Notes: generated from the sequence alone by a model not told the origin. Positions 47,444-55,858 are shown, numbered from the stretch's first letter. The stretch: 64,000 nucleotides of DNA from an uncultured virus (IMG/VR IMGVR_UViG_3300042467_002204) (IMGVR_UViG_3300042467_002204), one strand, 5' to 3'. A program made the numbers and translations.

Positions 47444-48215
47444 AGTAAAGCCTATAGTGCTTACTTAAAGCAAACTTTGTACCTTGTTGCACAGGCGCTT
47501 CCCCGTGAAGCGTCTTTTTATTTGGTTTACCTTCGATTGTGAGATTGTTCCAAAGAACAACTAAACCAGTCTTTGGTTGAATCTCAACTTTCAACTCAGG
47601 AAAAAATAAATCACCTCCGATAACATCTTCATTTAAAAACGCGTGGATACTCCACGTGCGCTGACCTCCTTCTTCGAGCGAACCTTGTCTAAGCAACTCG
47701 GCTGAGTCAAAGAAAGAAAATCGAGGAGTAGAGCCGTCACCGATGTACGTACATTGTCCGTACATAGTCTCTGCCGACCGACGCGGCAATTTAGCGAAGA
47801 CCTCAAACAGATCTGTGATGTTTTTATCTAGTTCTGCCAGATCTTTTGTGAACTTGACGTAAAAATTTTGATCAGATTTGAAACAGTCCTCCGAAACCGG
47901 GGACGACTCATCAGCGCGGGAACGAATATGGTCACAGAGGTAAGAGCAAAAGTCGGGAGAAAGAAAGTCTTTATAAATATAGAGTTGAGTTTCGTCGTTT
48001 GAGACCTTCACAAAGTTGTTATGGAGACTTCGGTTAGCCACCACAGCGAAGTCGGCCTGAAAAGGTGACTTTTCTGCCTGCAAAAGCTCTAAAATATTTA
48101 AAATTTCTGACTCAGAGTATCCCCTAGAGTCTAATTTCAAGATAATTTGCTTTTTTGTAGCCCGATTGCGAATCCAATCATTGACTTCAGAAAGAATTTC
48201 GTTGTCGATAATCAT
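47433..48215 (-). CDS. prolyl-4-hydroxylase-like 2OG-Fe(II) oxygenase (HxD motif altered)
   Basis: DFLS..C, GGQRTW, LN...GG...FP, WNNL, TLH...PV..G.K. Confidence 0.75.
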   Translation of the reverse strand: MIIDNEILSEVNDWIRNRATKKQIILKLDSRGYSESEILNILELLQAEKSPFQADFAVVANRSLHNNFVKVSNDETQLYIYKDFLSPDFCSYLCDHIRSRADESSPVSEDCFKSDQNFYVKFTKDLAELDKNITDLFEVFAKLPRRSAETMYGQCTYIGDGSTPRFSFFDSAELLRQGSLEEGGQRTWSIHAFLNEDVIGGDLFFPELKVEIQPKTGLVVLWNNLTIEGKPNKKTLHGEAPVQQGTKFALSKHYRLYFTP

Positions 48216-48319
48216 ATAGAACTATGTAAGACACCCAGAAAAGCTCTGGGAGCCTACTGTAAAGCAAGTTTTTTAATAACGCAACCGCATAACGTGCTGT
48301 ATATGCGCTACAGCACACA

Positions 48320-48400
48320 AAATAGGGGATAGATGGATCCGGTGTGAGCGGGGTGGGGGCTCCCGGCAGGGACCGGACCTCTATCGAGAGAACTGTAGCA
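48320..48400 (-). ncRNA. candidate small hairpin RNA with its own extended -10
   Basis: TGcTACAGT (48392-48400, -) followed by stem GATAGAGG.TCCGGT / ACCGGATCCATCTATC with a C-rich loop. Confidence 0.35.
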
Positions 48401-48419
48401 CCGAAAACGAGCTTGTTGC

Positions 48420-51400
48420 TTAACGTCCGAATAAAAGTTCGGATAAACCAAACTCGCCACGGCGGGGGTTAAACCGCTCTTTAACTAAATCGATACGTTT
48501 TTGAATTTCGTTTCGATTGTCCTGACGCGTTAGTTCTGACCGTTGAGATGACGTTAACGGTTTGAGTGTCGCAGTAAGCGGTTTTTCACCTGTTCGAGGT
48601 TGTGCTGTTGCACCTGTGCGAGGAGCCGTTCCAATAAACTGACGCAATTTTGGAACAATACCTTCACCCGTCTCTTGACGAACAACTTCATTTAAAGCAC
48701 GTGCACCGGCAGTACCAACAAGACCCGCACCGACTCCAGGAGTAAACAGTGCTGCCAACGGTGCTACCAGAGGAGTGGATAAAACACCAGCTGTTCCTGC
48801 TGTTATCGGTAAACTTTGTAAAAACTCTTGTCCTATTTGTCTACCCATGGCCACGGGTCCTCTAGCGTAACCGGTTTGAATTGCTTCAGGACTAGGAATA
48901 AGGTCAGCAGCACCGGGGAGAAGAGCAGAAGGAGTGCGGCGTAACGCACGTATAAGTTCTAATGCGCCAGGACCGGTACTTGCGACCGGATCTGTAGATA
49001 AATATCTCGGTGCGCCACTAAGGGGTAAAACGTCTTGATCAACCCTAAACTGTTCACCTGCCCGTGTAACCGTTCCCCTCAAAGCCGGTTCGGCTCTTTT
49101 TGGTTGAAGCGGTATTACGTTTCCTTGTAGATCCACATAAGCATATTGCGTTCTTGCGCTATCTACAGGACCAAAACCGGCAGACATATATGCAGCTCCG
49201 CGTAAATTCGGAAGGTTTTGATTTTTAGTTTTAAAAGGTATAAGTTTACGAACAGTGCTGCTTGTGTCAGCGGTCTCTCCTTCTTTAAGTCGTTCTTTTA
49301 AAAGATCATCTGAAGGCATAGGAGAGTTATACACTAGAGTTCCTGGACGTGTCTCAGCCATAGCACGATTGCGAATAAACTGTTCAAACTTATCTGTAAC
49401 TTCCTTAGGTAAATCTGTTGAAGCTATATAATTTGCCCAACCCTCATTAGGTTTGCGAGTATCAAAACTAATATCAGCTTTTCCTGTTACAGGATTATTA
49501 GCTAAAAACCTTAAAGTGTTTAATGAAATCTCGTCCGTAGAACCACTTAAAATATCGTTTATTCTTCTAACTAAAAATCCTTGAGGATTAGCGGGAGAAA
49601 CTTTAACTTCATAAGCGTCAGGGTCTCCAATTGCAGCAGGCATAACCTCTTTAGTATCTGGATTGAAACTAAAAGCTGCGTTTGTCGGTAAATTAGTCGA
49701 AGACCGCGCTAATCCAGGAAATTGTTGTTCCAATAAATTTGGACCAAGAACATCCAAAACTTGTTTATAAGCATCATTAAATTTTCGCGCTCGCTTATTA
49801 ATACGATCAGTGAGATTTCTTACTTCTTCTTCATATTCGGGTTCCGATCTAGAGGGATCATAAACGTTTACATACCCTCCGCCGCCCACGATGGGTCGTT
49901 GCGGACGAAAAGCATTTTGTTCAATTGCCCGTAATTCGTTTTCAAATCCTTGTGCACGAATTAAATCTCTAGCTAGCGCTTGAGATTTAGGATCTCCAGA
50001 ACTATATAAATCTTCAATTGGAGATAAAATATTAAGACCTACTTTTTTTAATTCAGGGTCACCATAACTCGACAATATTTTATTGTATAAAGCTGCACGA
50101 TCAGCAGGAGTGGATATGGTTTGTTCAGTATCTACGTATTGCATGTAGGGCTTAAACAGTTCCTGTTTAACCCTTTGCCGTGGATTTTGGTTTTCAACCC
50201 CATAAACAAGATCTTTAAGTTCAGGAAATTCCTGTAGAACTTGTTTAAAGTTTTCTAAACTTTCACTTCCGCGTTCAAGACGAGCGTCGTTAAAAACTCT
50301 AGAAAGATCTTCTTGAAGTCCCGGAATAATTCTTTGTCTACTTCTTGTGGGCATATCAAACGGCTCATCAAGTTGGACCTCTCTCAATGGAGTTTGTTGT
50401 ATATTCTCTAATGCTCTTTCAATTAATTCACGTTGTTCACCTGGACGCATTCTCGCTGCTGCTCTGTTTGCACGCTCAGCTAACCTCTGAGCAAACAATA
50501 AAGGATCAGCATCTGCATCACTAATAGGGGTATTTTGTCGAGTTCTAGATTCTTGATAAACCCGCCTAGCAGCGTTAATAGCTGCATCTTCACCAATCAC
50601 TCTACGAACAGATGGAAGTACATCAGAAGCATAATCTTGACCAGAATTAATTCTGCGAGCATAAGGTGATGTAGTGTCAAAAGTAGATAGATCTCTTTGA
50701 ATTTGATTAAGAATATTACGTTGATCTAACGCATCTTGAAGAGTAGCCGGAATCGTTTCTGATGGTACACGAGAACTTATCTCATCTAACCGATCATATA
50801 ACTGTGGAGTAAATAAAGGATCACTTTCACGTGAAATTTCATTAAAACGACGATCAATAGTATCTCTTATAGTATTACGTTCCGTTTCTAAATTAGAAGG
50901 CAAATCAGCAATAAGACGTAAACGATCTAAATCTTCCTCTGCTGCAGTAAAACCTTCGTAAATATCACGATCTAATCCTTCACTACGTCCACGGGTTCCT
51001 TCTCTTTCGACAAAATTTGCTGCTTCCCATTCAGAAAACCCCGGAGAATTGTCGTTTAAAACATCAGATCTAAATGATTCACGTAAAGAATCTAAATCAC
51101 GTCTATCTAATCGTCCAGTTATGACATCTTCATAAACGCGATCTGAGAGTTCAGGAGAAGTATCAGGGTTATTTTGTAAGTAGTTAATAAAAAACTGTCT
51201 CGCTTTTGGATCTTGACCAGCTAAGCGATAAGCATCGTACCTTTCATTATCGGGATCAACGTCAAGCTCGTTAAAAGGTATTTCGTCACGTAAATCTTCT
51301 ACTGTAAAAAAATTACGAGCTTGATCTGGATCTACATCTTCAACATAAATACGTTCCTGCTCAGCTATTTGTTCTGCAGCAAGATCATCAAGTTCACCTG

Positions 51401-51530
51401 CATCTCTAGCTCGATTGAATAAAGCGCGTCTAGCATCAGAAGAAAAATAAGGATATGTATAATCTTCTTCCTCTACAGCATCCGCTACCTTACGAATTAA
51501 TTCGGGCGAATAAAAATCAGGAACCGGCAC
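48420..51530 (-). CDS. large hypothetical protein, probable internal virion protein
   Basis: 1036 aa; acidic N-terminus, hydrophobic G/A-rich segment near the C-terminus. Confidence 0.75.
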   Translation of the reverse strand: MPVPDFYSPELIRKVADAVEEEDYTYPYFSSDARRALFNRARDAGELDDLAAEQIAEQERIYVEDVDPDQARNFFTVEDLRDEIPFNELDVDPDNERYDAYRLAGQDPKARQFFINYLQNNPDTSPELSDRVYEDVITGRLDRRDLDSLRESFRSDVLNDNSPGFSEWEAANFVEREGTRGRSEGLDRDIYEGFTAAEEDLDRLRLIADLPSNLETERNTIRDTIDRRFNEISRESDPLFTPQLYDRLDEISSRVPSETIPATLQDALDQRNILNQIQRDLSTFDTTSPYARRINSGQDYASDVLPSVRRVIGEDAAINAARRVYQESRTRQNTPISDADADPLLFAQRLAERANRAAARMRPGEQRELIERALENIQQTPLREVQLDEPFDMPTRSRQRIIPGLQEDLSRVFNDARLERGSESLENFKQVLQEFPELKDLVYGVENQNPRQRVKQELFKPYMQYVDTEQTISTPADRAALYNKILSSYGDPELKKVGLNILSPIEDLYSSGDPKSQALARDLIRAQGFENELRAIEQNAFRPQRPIVGGGGYVNVYDPSRSEPEYEEEVRNLTDRINKRARKFNDAYKQVLDVLGPNLLEQQFPGLARSSTNLPTNAAFSFNPDTKEVMPAAIGDPDAYEVKVSPANPQGFLVRRINDILSGSTDEISLNTLRFLANNPVTGKADISFDTRKPNEGWANYIASTDLPKEVTDKFEQFIRNRAMAETRPGTLVYNSPMPSDDLLKERLKEGETADTSSTVRKLIPFKTKNQNLPNLRGAAYMSAGFGPVDSARTQYAYVDLQGNVIPLQPKRAEPALRGTVTRAGEQFRVDQDVLPLSGAPRYLSTDPVASTGPGALELIRALRRTPSALLPGAADLIPSPEAIQTGYARGPVAMGRQIGQEFLQSLPITAGTAGVLSTPLVAPLAALFTPGVGAGLVGTAGARALNEVVRQETGEGIVPKLRQFIGTAPRTGATAQPRTGEKPLTATLKPLTSSQRSELTRQDNRNEIQKRIDLVKERFNPRRGEFGLSELLFGR

Positions 51531-51636
51531 GACCGTAAATTAACCCATATACCATATTAGCCTCTTCCTTACAAGAAATAAAAACCCGCAGGCCCGCGCA
51601 CGTAGTGCTATACTAAGCACGCAATACCAACATCAC

Positions 51637-52017
51637 ATGCAAAACGCTATGTACGTCATTGAAATCTACCGCCACGCGGGCACGTGGTGTTTCACAGACG
51701 ACAAACGAGGCTTGGTGCACGAACCTTTTGTACTCGGAATCCCTGAATTCATTGACGAAGTTATTGATTTGTTGTCTTTAGGTGAACTAAACGGCACCTA
51801 CAAGGTAATTTTCTCCGAAAAAGTATTCCCGGCCTACCAAGGTTGTCTCTCTTTTAAAGAAACAGAGCACGGAGGCGCGTGGTACAGGATGTCTGTACTT
51901 AACCAAGACGCCAAAAACAGCGAAAATGGACGCGGTTGGCTCTGTCCGGCGACTTTAAAGTTCTTTGAATACTTTCCGCCCGAGATTTATTTCAAACTAG
52001 AGGCGCTGAAAGCTTAA
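51637..52017 (+). CDS. DUF6717-like protein
   Basis: MQN.M.VI..Y...GTW.F.D...GLV.EPFV.G, GWLCPA...FF..FP..IY; TGcTATACT upstream. Confidence 0.7.
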   Translation: MQNAMYVIEIYRHAGTWCFTDDKRGLVHEPFVLGIPEFIDEVIDLLSLGELNGTYKVIFSEKVFPAYQGCLSFKETEHGGAWYRMSVLNQDAKNSENGRGWLCPATLKFFEYFPPEIYFKLEALKA

Positions 52018-52518
52018 TTTCACGTCTTCCCACGCAATCGGAGCATAATTTGTCTGTTCGACACAGACACAAAGGTATCGCGGGTCGATTTTGCCTTCAC
52101 AAAGGACCCGACCCGCGTGCAGGTGTCCGTGAACGTTGCCCTTAAATCGCATTAAAGCGTCCGGGTGCACAGGTATGTGTGAAAAGGAGTAGTTATCCAT
52201 TACCCAGTACGCTCTAATGTCGCGAAACCTAGGGTAATAGTCTGCAATTTTAAAGGTGTCGTGATTACCTTTAATCAGAATCTTGTCACCGTTAAGGCGA
52301 TCAAGCACTTGCAAGCCTTTTCGTTGAATCGCAACGTCACCTAAGTGGTAAACCTTGTCGTTAGGTTTAACAACTCGGTTCCAATGTTCGACTAAAGCCT
52401 CGTCCATTTCATCAACATCACGCCACGGGCGTAAAAAGGACCCGTCCGGTGTTGTAAAAGTGCAGACTTTAGCGTGAGAGAAATGAGTGTCGGCTGTTAA
52501 AAAGATGTTCACGTTCAA
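51997..52518 (-). CDS. calcineurin-like metallophosphoesterase
   Basis: DTHF.H, LGD, GNHD, SH.P, HGHLH. Confidence 0.88.
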   Translation of the reverse strand: MNVNIFLTADTHFSHAKVCTFTTPDGSFLRPWRDVDEMDEALVEHWNRVVKPNDKVYHLGDVAIQRKGLQVLDRLNGDKILIKGNHDTFKIADYYPRFRDIRAYWVMDNYSFSHIPVHPDALMRFKGNVHGHLHAGRVLCEGKIDPRYLCVCVEQTNYAPIAWEDVKLSFQRL

Positions 52519-52555
52519 TATTCACATTATTAATAATTGGAATTTACTTAAAAAT

Positions 52556-52714
52556 TTAATAACCGCCCGAAATTTGACGCATTTTCTTGATGGCTTCTTC
52601 TGTCGCTCGATTACGTTCTTGTAGCTTGTCGGCTACACTCTGCGCTTCTTGCACAAACCCACCGGGATTAACCAGCGCGCCGATGTATTTACGTAAAAAA
52701 GTGAGCGGGTCCAC
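52556..52714 (-). CDS. small hypothetical protein, 52 aa
   Basis: Hand-translated GTG-start MDPLTFLRKYIGALVNPGGFVQEAQ... Confidence 0.45.
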   Translation of the reverse strand: MDPLTFLRKYIGALVNPGGFVQEAQSVADKLQERNRATEEAIKKMRQISGGY

Positions 52715-52926
52715 GGCGCTGCATGACGGTCTGAACTAAGTCTATCAAGTGAGCGCCGAAAGTTTGTGCTCCTATAGTGCTACCCAAAAAATTTTTTACC
52801 TAGTTTGCCAGCAAAATTAATTTATTGTTCTCGCCGCCCCCGTCGTCGAAAGTCTATATATAAAAAAAAGGGCAAATTGCGGGCAGATTTCTTTACACAT
52901 TGCGGGTCGCTAAGTATAACGAACCT

Positions 52927-53009
52927 CGCGTGCGCGTATGTGCGTGCGCGTGCGTATGCGTGTGCGCGTGTGTGCTCGCGTGTGTGCGCGGGCGTGCGCG
53001 TATGTGTGT
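52927..53009. repeat. alternating purine-pyrimidine (CG/TG) tract
   Basis: CGCGTGCGCGTATGTGCGTGCGCGTGCGTATGCGTGTGCGCGTGTGTG... Confidence 0.9.
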
Positions 53010-53079
53010 TTCATTTTACCTAAACACAGCCCGTGTACTACTGTGTACTATGGACAATTAGCTAAGTGTCCCAACCCCC

Positions 53080-53109
53080 TTGACCTTTGCTGCTCCCCTG
53101 GGCCATGCT
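53080..53109 (+). promoter_or_regulatory. sigma70-type promoter opening the early region
   Basis: TTGACC-18nt-CATGCT, preceded by the GGACA..TGTCC inverted repeat. Confidence 0.55.
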
Positions 53110-53114
53110 GTGCA

Positions 53115-53745
53115 CATCGATCGGAACCCGGTCGACGCACCTAGACAATTCGAGACCGCAAGGGAAGTAGGGTCAAGCCGTGAGGCGCCGAAACGAACTG
53201 CGGGTCAGATATATAAAGACTTCAGAATGGAAGCGCAACGTTCCCGAACACAAGTAGGGCGCCGCAAGGTTGGATAAACGCCGACTCCCATTCTCTCCAG
53301 ACTCGTAGTGTGTGCCACTACGACGGCGCACACAATGTAACTATTGGCGCTAAACATTAATCACACTCGCCAAGTGATAACTGAATACATAAGTTGCACA
53401 TTCAGTTAGTTACAGTTCACAGATAACTTGTCAGGTTGCACCTTAGTTGTGTGTCCTGATTCTTATCTTTGTATGATTCTCACGATGTCGTTTTACATTC
53501 GATGGCGAATCATACAGTTCTAGATGAGATTCATTCTGTGATCTGTAACTAACTAGGTGCTAACTTTTATGTTTTACTTGTCTCCCGGTAGTTAACTTTA
53601 CAGGGGGAGCATGTAACACCTAGATGATTAACTTGTCCGATCACAGTTTGATCTTGTTAGGATCATTCTTGATCACAGTGATTCTCTCCCTCTGACTTCT
53701 TGTCAGACTGAGGGATTCATTCCCTCATTGTTGTCAGCTGCCAGC
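53115..53745 (+). ncRNA. large structured non-coding RNA or leader
   Basis: No credible ORF; GNRA-capped hairpins, AGUA/GAA motif, 19/20 stem 53404-53423:53535-53554, further nested stems. Confidence 0.6.
53117..53150 (+). promoter_or_regulatory. boxB-boxA-like antitermination site
   Basis: Hairpin TCGATCGG/CCGGTCGA followed by GCACCTAGACAATT, resembling cyanobacterial rrn boxA. Confidence 0.55.
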
Positions 53746-53764
53746 TCTATTGCTGGTGAATGTT

Positions 53765-54073
53765 ATGAACCTCAAAACTAATCATCAACCACGCGAGTTA
53801 AAGTATCTGTCTGACTTTAACTCTGCAGATCAACATAAGATCCGATCACAATACGATTGGATGGATAAAGATAATCTTGAATGTAACTACGGATTCTTTA
53901 AGTACCGTGGTTGTTTTTATCATCTTCAAGACTTTCTTCGTGTAGCTAATGAATCAACCGGTGATCTTGTCGGTTGGGATGGTTACTCAAGTGATTCATT
54001 CTTTAGTGGTGTTGTTATCAAGTTAGTTGATAATGACTGCGATTCTGTTATTGTCGGACGCTATTGCTGCTGA
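53765..54073 (+). CDS. early hypothetical protein
   Basis: FFKYRG.FY.L.DF.R...WDGY.SDSFFSG..IK. Confidence 0.7.
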   Translation: MNLKTNHQPRELKYLSDFNSADQHKIRSQYDWMDKDNLECNYGFFKYRGCFYHLQDFLRVANESTGDLVGWDGYSSDSFFSGVVIKLVDNDCDSVIVGRYCC

Positions 54074-54120
54074 TTAGTCTCACCTAAGTCAACACATTCC
54101 CACAATCATTTGCAATCATC

Positions 54121-54375
54121 ATGAACAACTTACAGGAAACAACTTACATCTTGCCCGCACACTGGGCCAGTGTTCTTATCAATTTGGACTATAGCGGACT
54201 AAGTGATGACGAAGAGAATCAGTTAGATTCATTTATAGATGGTGAGTTCGGTGAACATTTGTTCTGCACAGTTAATGTATCGGAAGATGCAGAACCTTCG
54301 TTTTATAAGTATCACGATGCACAACCTTATGGTGTGCTCGCATGTGATTGCTTAGAGTTTACTTTCACTCACTGA
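54121..54375 (+). CDS. early hypothetical acidic protein
   Basis: LP.HWA..LIN.DYSGLSDDE. Confidence 0.7.
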   Translation: MNNLQETTYILPAHWASVLINLDYSGLSDDEENQLDSFIDGEFGEHLFCTVNVSEDAEPSFYKYHDAQPYGVLACDCLEFTFTH

Positions 54376-54395
54376 TAACTCTAACTAACATCATC

Positions 54396-54653
54396 ATGAA
54401 CTACACATTCACTCGCGCACATTATCCAAACACTGTTAATTGGTACAGAGAACTTGTGCACCTTGATGGTGAACTTGTCGCTGAGATCAATGAACCTACA
54501 GACTCAACATTCGCCAACAGGATCTACAGGGTTCGCAAGTATGAACCCCTACAAGTTGCCGATGATGTTGTTTACATTCTCGGTGATGATGTAGCACGAT
54601 TCGATACAGTTTGCGACTGTAAAGACTTCATCAACAACGGAGGAATCCAATGA
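54396..54653 (+). CDS. early hypothetical protein
   Basis: ATG after AACATCATC. Confidence 0.65.
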   Translation: MNYTFTRAHYPNTVNWYRELVHLDGELVAEINEPTDSTFANRIYRVRKYEPLQVADDVVYILGDDVARFDTVCDCKDFINNGGIQ

Positions 54654-54859
54654 ACACATTCACATTGGCCACGGGGCGTGTTGTTACTAAAGACGCAACA
54701 CATTGTGTGGCGGTTAAAGCTCGCGGCAGGTGGAATCATAAGTTCTACAAGTCATTCAAAGGCGCAGATAATGAGCTTAAGTTTCTGCGTCGGATGCACG
54801 ATGACACGCGAGCTTACTATGACGTGCAGGATTTCAAACTAATTAAACCTGAATCATGA
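54650..54859 (+). CDS. early hypothetical protein
   Basis: 69 aa, ATGA coupling, GGAGG upstream. Confidence 0.65.
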   Translation: MNTFTLATGRVVTKDATHCVAVKARGRWNHKFYKSFKGADNELKFLRRMHDDTRAYYDVQDFKLIKPES

Positions 54860-55059
54860 ACAACACACTTAGCGCAACAACTATCTGGACAGCACTTGTT
54901 GACTATCGGGCAGAACTTCTGCGCATGAGTAACAAGTATCCCCAGATGTTTGCCGCCAATGAAACAGTCATCAAGGAGATTGATGATGCCTTGTTGTCTA
55001 TCTCAGGCAACATAACCTCAGTTCAAATTATCCCCAACACTTGCAACCCCAACATCTAA
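54856..55059 (+). CDS. early hypothetical protein
   Basis: 67 aa, ATGA coupling. Confidence 0.6.
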   Translation: MNNTLSATTIWTALVDYRAELLRMSNKYPQMFAANETVIKEIDDALLSISGNITSVQIIPNTCNPNI

Positions 55060-55061
55060 TC

Positions 55062-55256
55062 ATGAGACGCAAACTTTCTAAGAAGGAAACTGTATCTATG
55101 TTCCTTGAAACATGGCGCGAGAGTATTAGTTTCAACCGCAATCTTCGCGGTGATGCTGTTGCCAAGCGAACAGCATTTAATGACTTCGTCGATGGTCTCA
55201 ACAAGGATGGTTTAGTTAGTGACCATCAAGCGTATACATGGAGCAACCCTTTCTAA
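55062..55256 (+). CDS. early hypothetical protein
   Basis: D..AKR.AFNDFVD.L.KDG.VS..Q...W.NPF. Confidence 0.65.
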   Translation: MRRKLSKKETVSMFLETWRESISFNRNLRGDAVAKRTAFNDFVDGLNKDGLVSDHQAYTWSNPF

Positions 55257-55263
55257 CACCAAC

Positions 55264-55806
55264 ATGAAACATGTAACTAAGACAACGCGAGCATCCAAGG
55301 ATGGTAAGTTTATTTATTGTCCTAAGTGTGGAGCTGTAGCTAGAGTGTTTCACTTTAGTTGGAGCGCATTAGGTTGCTGCAGCTGCAATGAAATGATCCC
55401 TAAGTATGATTGGCTTTTAGAAGATCCGTGTATCCCACGGGGTGAGAATCGTATGGTGTTTTCTTTAGTGTTTGACAGAAACTATACAGACTTTGTGTTT
55501 AAGTTCAACGAGAAATATTTACATGAGCACGGATATTATCTCGATGAAGTAGACGCATCAGGTAGCAGAACTGTATGGTGCTGTTTACCATTGGGTTCCT
55601 CTAATTATGAGGACGCTATAGATTTTCCTCAATGGATGTATGACGACTTCAGACAGTGGTTACTCATGCGACACAGAATGAAAGAGGATGACTTCTCAAT
55701 CTGTAGAAGAATGCCTGATCCCGGATTAGGGATCATGCTACCTGAAGACTTTGAACTTCTAAAGAAAGGTGGCACGCCGGATGGTTGTATCCGTGTAACT
55801 ACTTAA
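55264..55806 (+). CDS. early Zn-ribbon hypothetical protein
   Basis: CPKC....VFHFSWSAL.C.SC. Confidence 0.65.
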   Translation: MKHVTKTTRASKDGKFIYCPKCGAVARVFHFSWSALGCCSCNEMIPKYDWLLEDPCIPRGENRMVFSLVFDRNYTDFVFKFNEKYLHEHGYYLDEVDASGSRTVWCCLPLGSSNYEDAIDFPQWMYDDFRQWLLMRHRMKEDDFSICRRMPDPGLGIMLPEDFELLKKGGTPDGCIRVTT

Positions 55807-55850
55807 CACACAAACACACAAACACACAAACACACAAACACACTCACACA
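55805..55850. repeat. (AACACACA)n tandem repeat, about 5 copies
   Basis: Directly visible, intergenic. Confidence 0.9.
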
Positions 55851-55858
55851 TTAACATC

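Noticed and set aside
53149..53200. glnA-type glutamine riboswitch
   Set aside because: It shares GAAGUA..GAA but lacks the CGUU...AACGC ligand-binding ends, so it is treated as part of an unknown RNA.
52805..53277. Track ORFs 52805-53023, 52938-53144 and 53080-53277
   Set aside because: They are translations of a low-complexity tract and structured RNA, with no protein-like features.
55805..55850. CRISPR-like array
   Set aside because: Simple 8-bp tandem repeat without spacers; no cas genes or repeat-spacer arrays seen in the window.
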